Assembly (NCBI RefSeq): GCF_006345805.1
Contig: NC_043000.1
Span: 126,356,001-126,420,000 of the forward strand
Direction of reading: 5' to 3'
From: Octopus sinensis
Taxonomy: Eukaryota
DNA: 64,000 nt
Below the pieces are notes generated by a model, which saw nothing but the letters and a program-made list of their open reading frames with translations, was not told the origin of the DNA and ran no database searches. Below, piece after piece: positions 1 to 12,335 of the stretch. Each line of letters opens with the position of its first letter. The stretch's first letter is position 1. Both the position numbers and the translations under genes were made by a program.

Positions 1-1371
1 CGAGGCTGACAAACGGCCACACTCGGATGGTGCATTTTACATGCCACCGGCACGGAGGCCAGGCGAGGCTGGTAATGGCCATGATCAGATGGTGTTTGTT
101 ACGTGCCACCGGCATGGAGGCCAGTCGACGCGGTGCTGGCTACATGGTTCTCTTACGTGCCACAGGCACTGGTATCACAACTATATATTCCATTGATGTT
201 GATCGATTTTGATTTTGATTTCAGGGTTGATTAAATAAGTACCAATTGTGCACTGGGGTCGATGTAATCCCTTTGTCTGTCTTTGTTTGTCTCCTTTATG
301 TTTAGCCCCTTGTAGGCAATAAAGAAATAAATATGTTGTAACAGATGGGTATCCAAGAGTCATGACTTTGATAAGGCTCAATACCCTACAAATGTAAGCA
401 GGTAAAGGCCAAAACACTTGCATGAGGGGTGCTTCTGTTTTGAAAATCTGCTGTTTAGTTTTCTCTAGAGTTTCTTTCTACTACTAGAAAACAAAAGTTT
501 TCTGTAAGATGCCTCGAGAATATGCAATATTAATTCTAAGATATGTTCTTAAGAAATGAAATTTTGAGCTCTCGTAAAACAGCAGAAAAAAAAACATGTA
601 AATGAAAATAAACTCAATGACTACTTAGAGAATATCAAAAATGTTTTGTTTATAAACTTACATAGTGGATGTGTGACGGACATAGCTATTCAGAAGTGAT
701 AATGGAAATGAAAAGTATTTTAAATGGTGAGTGGAAAACATTGTAAACAGGAAAATTTCTCTTTACAAAGGGAGAGGGAGTAATAGAGGTAGGGAAAGGG
801 AGAGATAGGGGGAATAGAGAGAAAGTGAAAGAGAGAGGGAGGGAGAAAGTGGGAGAGATATATTCAATAATGAAAACAGTTACTTCATTTGTAATATAAT
901 ATTTAACCTCGTACAACGAAAACAATAAGTTTATAGAGGATCTTGGAGTAATATTATTAAAAATCCAGGACAAAATATTTAGATAAGTGGAAGGATGGAA
1001 TTTAACACCATGTAATAGCTCAATGGATGAGGAAAGTATCTTTAGTGTTGCTGAATATTTAATAATAAATATTTAAATATTTAATATTTATTTAGGTCAG
1101 TTTAAAACAGAAAGTTTATATCTTAGAATTAGGAGCAGCCTCATGCTGAATGGTATCAAAGGAGTGTTTTTAGTTTAAAGTAAAACATTGCATCATGATT
1201 TTTTTTAAAGATAAGTTCTAAATACACTGGTTCATGAAAATTTTGTTTTGCTCTGAGACAAGGATATGAATAGGTGCTTTTTTCTTACTAATTCTGAACA
1301 GTTTTTCCCTTTCACCTCTAGTTTTTTTTTTTTGCTTTCACATATCCCATTTTAATTATATCATCATCATC

Positions 1372-2410
1372 ATTCCCATTGTGCAGGAGCACAACCTTCA
1401 GACTTCGCTTGGAAGAGTCTATGATAAGATGTCAGTCTGGGGGATTGTGTGGGAAACCAAGAAAGGTGAACAAACCTGAGACATTTGTGCAGTAGCACAA
1501 CCTGTTTTCTATGTCAAAGAATGAAGCAAAGTCTTGGTTCTATGTCCTGAAACTGGTAATCATTACATCTATCTTGACCAGGTTCCACTGCTTAAGCCAA
1601 GATGCCAGGAGCTCTGACTGCTGCTTAGATACAAATCATGGGCAAAGTCATTCAGGATTTCCTACATGATCCAATAGGACTCACTTCCACTTGCTCCTGA
1701 ATAAACAGAGACATTGTCTTCAGAAGAGATCGACTTGGCAGAATCTTTCCCTGAAGGCATTTCTTCATCTGATGAAGAAGATCCTTATTTGCTGGGGAGT
1801 TGGGACAAGGAGATCATTTGAGTAGGGAACAGGTCACATAGTAGAGGGAAGATTGGATTATTTGATCTAAAAATAGTAAGCATCTACATGGCTTTGTAGT
1901 TCTCTCCAGCCCATCGGGACAGCAAAGTTAAAGGCTGCTTTTTTGCCATTAAACTACGAGTTAGTCCATTGTAGCAGGGTTTACAACAGATGTGTGGGGC
2001 CCAGGATTTGTCCTGATCTCCAATTTTACAGTCAAAATAATCAAAGTAAACAGTTCTCAGGAGGGAAGTAATTATTTGGCGCTGTGCAACTGTCATGAAA
2101 TACCCACACATGTGGCAGAATGAATTTGCCTTGTTGATGCATTTTCAGTGTTTTGAAGTGCCTGAAGCTGCTAGCATGGTAGTCAGATGTTAAACAACAA
2201 TGACAATGCCGCCGCCGCTGATGATGTATATAAACAAAATATAAATTTATGATATATATGGTAACGTGAATTGTCACAAAATCGTTATAATGTATACCTC
2301 AAAAACTAGAGGTGATGAGTGAAAACTGGTTTTGTACCTGAAATCAGCACTGCAAAATTAGGTTAGAACAACTATTTTTACGTTTGCCTCAGTTTCTCTG
2401 TAAATCAGTG
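1372..2410 (-). mobile_element. Chapaev3-like (CMC) DNA transposon relic, 5' half
   Basis: Degenerate transposase motifs YFDCKIGDQDKSWAPHICCKPC, ELLASWLKQWNL and IIDSSKRSLKVVLLHNGN. 5' terminus CACTG at 2410. The second TIR was not seen. Confidence 0.7.
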
Positions 2411-5164
2411 ATGCCAGTCTAGTAATTGTACTGAATCCATTTTATCTTTTATCTTTTAGTTTTTCCAGTCATGACCACAGTCTAATGACTGGAACAACTA
2501 AAAAATAAAACTGATAATATGCTTTGATTTGCAGGAGATTTTACTGTTATTTCTAGCAGGTTGAACAGCCACAGAAATGCTGTCTTGTTAGCTCACACTT
2601 CCAAGGGTTATAGTTTTAGTGACAACAGAGAATTAGGAGCAAAATAAAAGTAGTTAAACTGAAGATGTATAGAGTATGGCAACATTTCATCAAGAAAGAC
2701 AAACAGAAAAAGATTTGTCCTTTTGCTGTAAAACGTAGAAAACAAAAACATAATCCCCTCCCCTCACTCCATCTCTACAAAACATTTCAGTGAACAAACA
2801 TGTGATGTGTTCAAGGAAAAGTATTGTATTTCATCCACGAAGCATGAAACTTAAATTATTGGGTCTGGAAATTTCATGATAACAAACACAATTCACACAA
2901 ACAACATTCACCTATTATTAATCACGCTGCAGCAACTGCATGTTAAGGAAGTGCACGGAATTGAAGAAAAGCTATTTATAGCAGGAGAGAAAAAAAAAGA
3001 AGAAAAAAGAGGAAAAATATTTGCTAACAAATGTTTTTAGTGTTTTATTTTTATTTTTATATATTTACGAGCAAAACGCCCCCCCCCCACAGTAATTTCT
3101 ATGTATATATATGTATGAATGTGGCTGTGTCATAAGAAGCTTGCTTCCCAACTACATGGTTCTGGGTTTCAGTCCCACTGTGTGGCACCTTGGGTAAGTG
3201 TCCTCTACCATAGTCTCAGGCCGACCAAAGTCTTGTGAGTGTATTTGGTAGACGGAAACTGAAAGAAGCCCGTCATACACACACACGCACATATATATAT
3301 GTATGTAAACTTCTTACCATACTGCTATACCTAAATAACTTTCTTTAGAATATTCTATTATCTTATGCACAAAGTATGCTATAATATTGTTATTTACCTT
3401 AAACTGCACTGCAAATAAAAAAAAAGTCAGGGGAATCACTAGCTTACAGCTTTACAGCTAAAACATTTCATTATTTTCTGATCATATCAGCTACTATGTG
3501 ATCTCAGCTGTGTTTCAATAACATACAACATCTATATATTGATCATTCAAGGTTTTTCTTTCTGCGTGTATGTGTATATCTGTCATGAATATAGTTTGTA
3601 GTGCTTTCACTTTGATTATATAGATGATTGTGGGGTGGCCTAGAACAGAACCTTGAAGTACAGCCAACTAAATCAAACATTTAGTTCTATTCTGGGTCAT
3701 GATTTTAGAGCGCTTACACACATAACCTTATCTACTTTTAAATGATAGCTATCTACAACCATAAGATTTTATTTCTAGGTTACTGAATGTGGGTCAATGT
3801 CAAATGATTTTCAATTCATTAAACACCTGGCTAAATATATTTTCTTTAGTTTACCAATCAGTTGATTGGATAAATGGTAGATTGTCATTGTCAACTCAGC
3901 ACATTGAATTGTTCTCAATAAGCTAGAATATATCTTTCTTTTTTTTTGTGTATTGTTCACATCTTTCTGTTAAGTGAATAAAACAAGTTGAATGTCTATT
4001 TAGACAGCAAGCTGTTTTAAGGTGAACAAACCAATATTACTACTAGGCTAGTAGTGGTAACACATAAGACTATTTGTTGTATAGCACTTAATATAGTCTT
4101 TTAAAATAGATAAAATGGGAGCAGCTCATGTATAAAAGGAGCTTCTACACAGCTCTTCAATCTGCTAGAAATAGCAGCTATCACTCTTTAAAAAAAATCC
4201 CTGCCATTTTACTGTCTTAAAAAGGAAGGACATAGTGTATTTGTCCAAGCCGATCATAGACTTTCTCAATCAGGGTTGATCCACAGATAAATAGGAACAT
4301 TTGGTCAGAGTTAGCATTTCATTTTATGAAGATTGATAAAATAAAGATGAATTCGTCATCTAATCAACACTACAAGTCTTGTAATGTTCTTGTTCAAAAC
4401 ATAAACAACCAGAACAAATAGTGTAAGATACCCAGGCTAACAAGTTTCTTAATTGCAGGCTTGAAGGATTCTAAGAAGCAGGTTAGTCTGTGTGCGTGCG
4501 TTTCTGTATGTCTTTCAACATATAGACAAATGTAACACAGGTTTTAGAAAAAAGATTTTCACTATAATGTCAGGCTGTTGTTGTTGTTGAGAGAGAGAGA
4601 GAGAGAGAGAGGAGAAAAAGTTGTCGTTGAGAGAAATACAGTGAGAGAGATAAGTCATGTGTGAAAGATAGCATTAAAATTTGTTTAAAAAAAAAAAAAA
4701 ATTGATTGTTGAGCATATTGATGTGATTATTATTTTAGGCTTCTGCTGAAGGACCTATTTTGTCATGACGAGATCATTACCCGGCAGCATAGCAACAGGT
4801 TATGACTAGTAGATACAACTTAAGGTTCTCTTTTCAGTGTTAAAAAAATACTAGTGAGCACCCCTAAACCAAGAGCAGAGACAGGGTGTTCATGTAGGGT
4901 TTACAACGAGTGCTCAGTAGGGAGTCAATGCTTAGTAGGGAGTCTTAAGGCGTAGTGTATGAAGTTGAGGTGGAGAATGGCAATGGTGACTGCAGCAGCA
5001 ACATTGGCAGCAACAGCAGAGATAACACATCTGCCAATAATAACAACAACAGCAGCAATTGCAATGGTTGTGGTAGGGTAATGGTGACTGTTACATCAGC
5101 AGTGTAACATCAAGCAGCAATGGCATCTATGACAACAATACCAACAGCTACAACAGCACCAGCA

Positions 5165-5545
5165 AGTGGAGGTGCAATGGCCCAATGGTTAGGGCAGCGG
5201 ACTTGCGGTTGGAAGATCACTGTTTTGATTCCCAGACTGGGCGTTGTGTGTGTTTATTGAGCAAAAACACCTAAAGCTCCACAATGCTCCAGCAGGGGGT
5301 GGTGGCGACCTCCGTTGTACTCTTTCACCCCAACTTTCTCTCACTCTTTCTTCCTGTTTCTTGTCCCCTACTTCCTACGCATCCGTTGAGTCTGGATGCA
5401 CATTCATCCATCTGTCGATGCTCTCGGTGTTGGGGGTTGACCTGCTTTCTCTTCTGCGGATCTTACGAATAGGAAAGGACCACGTTTCGGACTTCTCCCA
5501 TGACATACAGGACGAATACCGCTTCTCTCAACAAACAAACAGCAA
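5165..5545 (+). mobile_element. tRNA-derived SINE, family D
   Basis: Head GGAGGTGCAATGGCCCAATGGTTAGGGCAGCGGAC...TTGATTCCC. Other copies on the - strand at 12935-13165, 17865-18190, 38925-39335 and 57700-57885. Confidence 0.75.
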
Positions 5546-5739
5546 CAACAACCTTGTTGGCAGCAGTTGCAACACCAAGTTTGTATCCAGCAATAGTAGT
5601 AACAATGACAGCAATAGCAACAGCTGCGCCAGTGGCTGCAGCAAGAGCAGCACCAGCAATGGGCCTGGCAGTGACAGTAGCATTGTCAGTGACAATGACA
5701 GCAACAACAGCAGCTGTAACACCACTTGTACAAGAGCAC

Positions 5740-6060
5740 AGACATAAAAATATATCAGTTCTACAGGTGGCCTGCTCAAGCATCAACTCAGCAACCACAG
5801 GTCCTCATTTTGGATACCAGAGAGATGAAACATCACATCATTTGCTAGCTAAATATGGCATTTAAAAGAGAAATGTACACCATACATAATTAAATGGAAG
5901 CTTCTGGAACAACAATGGCCATATCTCAATGCTTTGGCTGAAAGAGTAAGAATCCTGAAAAACTCACTTGACCCAGGGACCTTTTTAAACACTAAAACAT
6001 AAATTTTAATCAGTGCCTTCATCACAGGAAATTCATGTTGAAAACATGGAATTTCCCATC
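5740..6060 (+). mobile_element. Penelope-like element GIY-YIG endonuclease relic
   Basis: Broken frames give KYISSTGGLLKHQLSNHRSSF and IWHLKEKCTPYIIKWKLLEQ...LDPGTFLN, typical of the PLE endonuclease C-terminus. Confidence 0.6.
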
Positions 6061-6416
6061 TACCAGCTTGATAAATGCTGCCAAGCTTGGACATGTTCAG
6101 CAGACCCATCCTAGACATAACTGATACCAGTTTGAGGGGAGTAATGCCACCTCACCCAAGACTTTGCCAGTAGAGTTTCAGTCTGGATTTTTTTCTTGTT
6201 TCCAAAATTAACTAACCATGAAGTTTTCCTCCCTTCAATTGTAGAGAGTTTGTGTTTTCCAGCCATTTGAGCCTACAAGTTGCCTATTCAGCTCAGCACT
6301 TTATAGGTGTGAAACTGACCGGCCAATAACAAAGAACTTCCTTTATATATATATATATATATATATATGGAAAAAGAGCCAAGGTAGAAAATGGTAAAAT
6401 AATTTTATAAAAGACA

Positions 6417-6458
6417 TTTCAGTACCAGTTTCAGTCATTGAGACTTTTTCAACTGTAA
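6417..6458 (-). ncRNA. Candidate minimal type I hammerhead ribozyme (U3-A8 variant)
   Basis: Minus strand reads TTACAG|TTGAAAA|AGTC-TCAAT-GACT|GAAA|C-TG-G|TA|CTGAAA: stem I, core, stem II, GAAA, stem III and GUA cleavage triplet are all present. Confidence 0.55.
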
Positions 6459-7019
6459 GTATGGAAAACAATTAAATTTTGGAAAAATTAAATGAAAAGT
6501 ATTTTAAAAGAATATTTGCATAGTATTCAAATACAAGTGGCATTTTCTTTGTTTCTGCCTGTCTCTGTCTCTCTTGTTTACTCTTTTGTGTTTGAGGTCG
6601 TTGTGAATTCTTGGCAGAGAAGAAGAAGAAGGAGGGGAGTAGGAGAAATCGGGAGTGCTATGATAGTAGTAGGATGTTAAATGGTCAAGTGCTTTGAAAG
6701 TGACATTTTGCGGATGGTAGTAGTGATTGAATTCTCAACACATCTCTTTTGAATGTATTGTTTATAATATTTGCGTAGGTATTATTCTAAACAACAATAG
6801 TAGTATAATAAGGAAGGAGGTGGCAGAGAGGAAAAAAAAGAAGAAGGAAAAAGAGAAGAGAGAATAACAAGGGAATGCAGGTTGTATGATAGTAGGAGGA
6901 TGTTAAATGGTCAAGTGACCTAAAAGTGAATCATTGTGGATTATAGCAGTGATTGTGACTGTTTTTTAATGAATTCTTGGGTATCTCTTGAGTGTATCAA
7001 TTTTAATATTTGCATGTGT

Positions 7020-7649
7020 CATCATCATCATCATCGTTTAGCATTCGCTTTCCATGCTGGCATGGGTTGGATGGTTCAACTGGAGTCTGGGAAGCCAGAA
7101 GGCTGCACCAGGCCCAGTCTGATCTGGCAGTGTTTCTATGGCTGGATGCCCTTCCTAACGCCAACCACTCCATGAGTGTAGTGGGTGCTTTTTACATGCC
7201 ACCGGCACAGGTGCCAGAGGAGGCTGGCAAACGGCCACGATCAGATGGTGCTTTTTAGGTGCCACCGGCACGGAGGCCAGTCAGGGTGGCGCTGGCAACG
7301 GCCACGTTTGCATGGTTCCCTTATGTGCCACCGGCACTGGTATCACAGCTACAATTTCCATTGATGTTGATCGATTTTGATTTTGATTTTCACTTGCCTC
7401 AACAGGTCTTCACAAGTAGAGTTTTGTGTCCCAAGAAGGAAAGGTATGCATAAGTGGACTGGCTACATCCCAGGTAGAGCCCATGGATTATGGTCTCACT
7501 TGTCCTGCCGGGTCTTCTCACGCACAGCATACTTCCAAAGGTCTCGGTCGCTGGTCATTTCCTCGGTGTGACCTAAAGTTCGAAGGTCATGCTTCACCAC
7601 CTTGGCCCAGGTTTTCCTGGGTCATCCCAGGTTTTCCTGGGTCATGGGT
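7020..7649 (-). mobile_element. RTE LINE 3' end with (GAT)n tail
   Basis: Same 3' UTR as 14860-15437. Flanked by CATGTGT at 7013-7019 and 7650-7656. Other 3'-end copies: 1-215, 10505-10795, 24465-24690, 26605-27175, 30807-31378, 35460-35795, 36690-37090, 48225-48545, 50310-50760. Confidence 0.85.
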
Positions 7650-8559
7650 CATGTGTGTTTGTGTTATTCTGAGGTGGATATGTCATTTGTTGTAGATGCA
7701 TTCAAAAGGGGTTTGTATTTTGTGATAAAAAACTACTCTTTACTAATTTGTTGATTACAGGTTGTATCGTCCCTGAATTGGTAGAGGGGAAAAATTCTGA
7801 AGCTTAGATTTTTGTTATTGGTGCAAATGTCGATTTGTTGGCTGAATGCTATTTTTCTGTTTTGGAGAATTTTGATCTGGGACCTGTGCAGAGCCATCCT
7901 TTGACATAGACTGTTTTTTGTTTGACCTATGTATTGCTCTTGACACTTAGAGCAAGTTAGTACACATATCAGGTTCTCTGAAGTACATGTGAGGCTGCTT
8001 TTCACTGTGAAACGTTGTCCCTGTTTGAAGGAGAACTCTGATCCCTCAATTAAATTGACACATATCCCACAGTTGGGTCTTCTGCATTTTTTTACTGACG
8101 GCTTCAGTGTTGTTGTTGAGCGTATTCGGGCTTGTGTTAGGAGACTTTTCATAGATATGGGCTGTCTCTTGCTTTTTATGATGGTGTGTTCGGAGGATTA
8201 AGTTCACTCTGTGGTCCTTTTTTAGCAGGGAAATGTTTTGAAGGATGGTGTTGAAGGCTTTATTGTTAAGAGGATTGTGTGCGGAGATGTATGGTAGATT
8301 TTTGGTTGTAAATCCTTCTTTAATTTGGGATGTCTGAATTCGTGGATGCTGAGTTGTAGGGCATGTTGAAAGCATATGTCAGTTAGTGAAAGTGGGTAGT
8401 TCCTGGTGATGAGTGTATCCTTTAGTTCATGTAGTCGTGTGTCTCGGGTGCTTGCATTAGAAACTATAGTACATATCCTTTTTGCTAGGTTGACGGGGAT
8501 ATATATATATAGATATATATACTTTTATTCTTTTACTTGTTTCAGTCATTTGGTTGCCG

Positions 8560-8956
8560 TTATGCTATATGTTTATGTATTATGTATTTGTTATACAAAA
8601 TTCTTGATGTGAATTTGTGTGTTGAAACAGATGTTATATTTGGTAATGGTCATATTTTTTTGTCAATTAACCACATACAATATATACTTCTTCTTCACTT
8701 CAGCTTTATTATTGTTTTTATTTTAGTGTCCTTTGAAATCTTTTGTCCTACATCCTGTGACCTCTTCAATGACTCTCCATTCCATGTGTCTCCTCCTGTT
8801 CTGTTTGGTTCATTTTCTCTTCTTGTTTAGTACATTCTGACAGAAAGACTGATGGACTAAACAGAACAGGAGGAGACACATGGGATGGAGAGTTGCTGAA
8901 GAGGTCACAGGAAGTGTAACAAAAGATTTTAGACAAAAGACACTAATAATAATAAC

Positions 8957-9011
<55 letters not shown>

Positions 9012-9090
9012 CTGAAGTGAAGAACAGGTCTATAGTACACGTGGTTAATTGGCAAGAAACAAATATGACCATCCCCAAATATAACAATAT
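8560..9090. mobile_element. Inverted pair of PLE terminal repeats (long diverged hairpin)
   Basis: Arm 8630-8815 is the reverse complement of 8845-9090. Same family as the arms at 25620-25828 and 26425-26560. Degenerate hammerhead at 8896-8930. Confidence 0.65.
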
Positions 9091-9099
9091 ATATATCAT

Positions 9100-9990
9100 C
9101 ATCATCATCATCCTCATCGTTTACTATCTGTTGTTCATGCTGGCATGGGTTGAACAGTTTGACTAGGGCTGTTAAGCTAAGAGTCTGCACCATACTTTAG
9201 TCTGATTTGGAATGATTTGTTTAGCTGGATGCCCTTCCTAACACTAACCATTCCGAGAGTGTAATAGGTGCTTTTATGTGCCACTGGCACGGGTGTCAGT
9301 TTGCATGATTTCACTTGGCTTAATGGGACTTTTTCTCAAGCACATCATTTGTCATCACCTCCATGAAGCCCAGCATACGGAAGGTGTTTTTTCATGTGCC
9401 ACTGGTATGGGTGCTAGTTATGCAACACAAGCATTGGCCACATTGCCTCTGTGAGGCCCCACACTTGAAAAGTGCTTTTTGCATGGCATCGGCACAGGTG
9501 CCAGCTCCGTGACACCAATAATGATCACATCTATGATTTCAACTGGTTGACGGGTCTTCTCAAGCACAGCATATCGCCAAAAGTCTTGGTCATGAGTTAT
9601 TGCCTCCATGAGGCCAAACATTTGAAGATTATGCTTCACCACCTCATCCCATGTCTTCTTGGGTCTCTCTCTCTTTCACAGCTTCCTTCCACTGGTAGAG
9701 ATTGGCATTTCTTCACACAACTATCCACATCCATATGCATCAAATGACCATTCCAAAGCAGTCATCTCTCTAGCACACCACATCTTATCGTTCTTATGCC
9801 CAGCTTTTCTCTCAAGACGTTTACACTCTTTCATACCTGCACACTGACATTGCGCATCCAGAGGATCAGACTAGCTTCATTTCTTTCAAGCTTATGCATA
9901 TTCTCAGCAACCACAGCCCATGTTTCACTGCCATGTAACATGACTATTTGCACACACAGGCATCATACAATCTGCCTTTCACTCTGAGGG
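9100..9990 (-). mobile_element. Older RTE LINE 3' fragment
   Basis: Degenerate RT C-terminus (KGLSLRVKGRLYDACVQIVMLHGSETWAV) plus 3' UTR and (GAT)n tail. Confidence 0.8.
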
Positions 9991-10016
9991 AGAGGCCTTT
10001 GATATATATATATATA

Positions 10017-10275
10017 TCTTATATAAAATCCGTTCTCTCTGTCTGTGTGTGTGTCTTCTAGGATCTCGAGCATCCTCCATCCGATTGCACTCAAATTTGA
10101 TATGTAGATACCGACGGTATCAGGGCGTGTATAAGTCTAGAAAAGACTACAAAAATCGATTTCAGGTGAGAATGCGATCGATAAAGGTGTGGGGAATCGT
10201 TTTTCTTTGGAAAAGAAAAAACATCTATCTTTATTTCTTCTTTTGCTGGTGTCTCAAATTTAGGTTAAATCAGTG
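10017..10275 (+). mobile_element. Probable non-autonomous Helitron/Helentron-type (DINE-1-like) fragment
   Basis: Starts TCTTATATAAAA, then (TCTG)/(TG) microsatellite, then CCGATTGCACTCAAATTTG. CpG-rich. 3' hairpin not found. Confidence 0.45.
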
Positions 10276-10414
10276 TTTCTCAAAGGGGAGGCCTATGGGA
10301 CGGTCAGACAAGTTGGTTTGAGATAATTTGGTTTAAATGTTTGACAACTCAGCACCGGCCATTGGACGGGGGGGGGGGGGACGTTTTGCTCATATACACA
10401 CACACACACACACA

Positions 10415-10447
<33 letters not shown>

Positions 10448-10798
10448 ATATGTATGTATGTATATACATAAATATGCCAGCATGGAATACAGATTCTAAT
10501 TGATGATAATATTTATGTGCCGCCTCGACTGGCTTCCGTGCAGGTGGCACGTAAAATGCACCAATCCGACCGTGGCCGATGCCAGCCTCGCCTGGCACCA
10601 GTGCAGGTGGCATGTAAAAAGCACCCACTACACTCACGGAGTGGTTGGCGTTAGGAAGGGCATCCAGCTGTAGAAACATTGCCAGATAAGACCGGAGCCT
10701 GGTGCAGCCTTCTGGCTTCCCAGATCCCCAGTCGAACCGTCCAACCCATGCTAGCATGGAGAACGGACGTTAAACGATGATGATGATGATGATGATAA

Positions 10799-11215
10799 GC
10801 ACAGGCATGGGTGTGTGGTAAGAAGCTTGTTTCCCAACCACATGATTCTGGGTTTAGTCCCACTGCGTAGCACCTTGGGCAAATGTCTTCTATTATAACT
10901 TTGGGTTGACTGAAACCTTGTGAGTGGATTTGGTGGCCAGAAACTGGAAGAGCTCATTGTATGTGTGTGTGTGTGTGTGTGCACGCGTACGTGTGTGTGC
11001 ATGTATGTGTTTTCCTGTCTTCCATTGCTTGACAACCAGTGTTAATGTGTTTGTGTTCCTGCAAGCTAGCAGTTCAGCAAAAGAGACTGATGGAATAAGT
11101 ACCAGTCTTAGAAAAAGAAAAAACAAACAAACACTTGGGTTGACTCATTCAACTAAAATTCTTCAGGGCAGTGCCCCAGCATGGCCACAGCCTAATGTCT
11201 GAAACAGGTAAAAGG
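10799..11215 (+). mobile_element. tRNA-derived CORE-like SINE, family A, with internal (TA)n/(TG)n
   Basis: A box GTGTGGTAAG, B-box-like GGGTTTAGTCCC, core GCACCTTGGGCAAATGTCTTCT, tail ending GACTGAAACAAGTAAAAG. Other copies: 3119-3276, 11333-11735(-), 13690-13850, 18497-18810, 23375-23870(-), 25421-25580, 29632-29790, 33824-33980, 42739-43150, 47220-47545(-), 55840-56165(-), 59330-59742(-). Confidence 0.85.
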
Positions 11216-12099
11216 CAAAAAAAAAACTGTGTGTGTGTCCACTGGTTTGATTCTGCTATGATCAACATAGCTTTTGTAATGGAATATCAAATTTTTTTTG
11301 TAATGTGCATATCAAATGTTATTTAATATTACCCTTTTACTTGTTTCAGTCATTTGACTGTGGCCATGCTGGAGCACCGCCTTTAGTCGAGCAAATCGAC
11401 CCCAGGACTTATTTTTTGTAAGCCTAGTACTTATTCTATCGGTCTCTTTTGCTGAACCACTAAGTTACGGGGACATTAACACACCAGCATCGGTTGTCAA
11501 GCGATGTTGGGGGGGACAAACACAGACACACAAACATATACACACACATACATACATATATATATACATATATATGATGGGCTTCTTTCAGTTTCCATCT
11601 ACCAAATCCACTCACAAGGTTTTGGTCGGCCCGAGGCTATAGTAGAAGACACTTGCCGAGGGTGCCTCGCAGTGGGACTGAACCCGGTCCATGTGGTTGG
11701 TAAGCAAGCTACTTACCACACAGCCACTCCTACGCCTATGCACATTATATCCATTGTTAGCTCCCCTTTATATTCAGAAGCCATCATCTCCATTTATATC
11801 ACATTTAAATATTCAAACAAAACCACACTCACTGTATTCCATTAAAACCTTGGTTTTGTGAACAATGTCAAGGTCATGTCTAACTGACACACACATGTAT
11901 ATGTCTATTATATCTTTTACTGTCTCACTCTTGGTCTTTGTCTGATGTCTGTCTCTCTCTCTCTTTCTCTCTCTCTCTCTCATACACTTACACATAGTCA
12001 TCCATTTTCTTACTATACCTATGATAGTTATATATATATATTTCCATTTCAGCAAATGCAAGCATGACTAAATAGCTCAGTAAAAACTGATCACTAACA

Positions 12100-12277
12100 A
12101 TGTATAGTATTAGCATTGGTATCATCATCATCATCATCGTCAGCAGCAGTAGCAACACTACTGGTAGTAGTAGGAGGAGAAGGATGAGGAGGATCATCAT
12201 CATCAGCAGCAGCAGCAGTAGCAGTTGCAGTAATAGTAGTAGTGGTAGTAGTAGTGGTAGTAGTAATAGTAGTAGTG

Positions 12278-12315
<38 letters not shown>

Positions 12316-12335
12316 CGCCGTCGTCGTCATAGTAG
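12100..12335. repeat. Compound trinucleotide microsatellite (ATC/AGC/AGT), representative of many simple repeats
   Basis: Seen directly. Other large tracts: (TACA)n at 13850, 18190, 28400, 28850, 32600, 33060, 62630; (AAT)n at 8945, 15775, 25345, 29275, 33500; (TA)n at 23590, 26565, 41715, 44337; (TG/CA)n at 34540, 40260, 59810, 61970. Confidence 0.95.

Larger units (their letters stand above)
6370..8496 (-). mobile_element. 5'-truncated Penelope-like element (RT thumb, GIY-YIG, 3' terminal region), interrupted by an RTE insertion at 7020-7649
   Basis: NLAKRICTIVSN...RLHEL thumb region near 8400-8490. ORF 7733-8152 CRRPNCGIC...TCTSENLICVLTCSKCQEQYIGQT...RMALHRSQI. Two diverged ~200-bp repeats at 6640-7020 and a hammerhead motif at 6417-6458. 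Confidence 0.8.

Noticed and set aside
4739-4798. Possible upstream exon after ttattttAG
   Set aside because: Weak donor, phase does not fit the gene, and no homology.
5244-5865. Overlapping 110-170 aa ORFs
   Set aside because: They are a SINE plus an AAC/AGC low-complexity tract running into a PLE relic.
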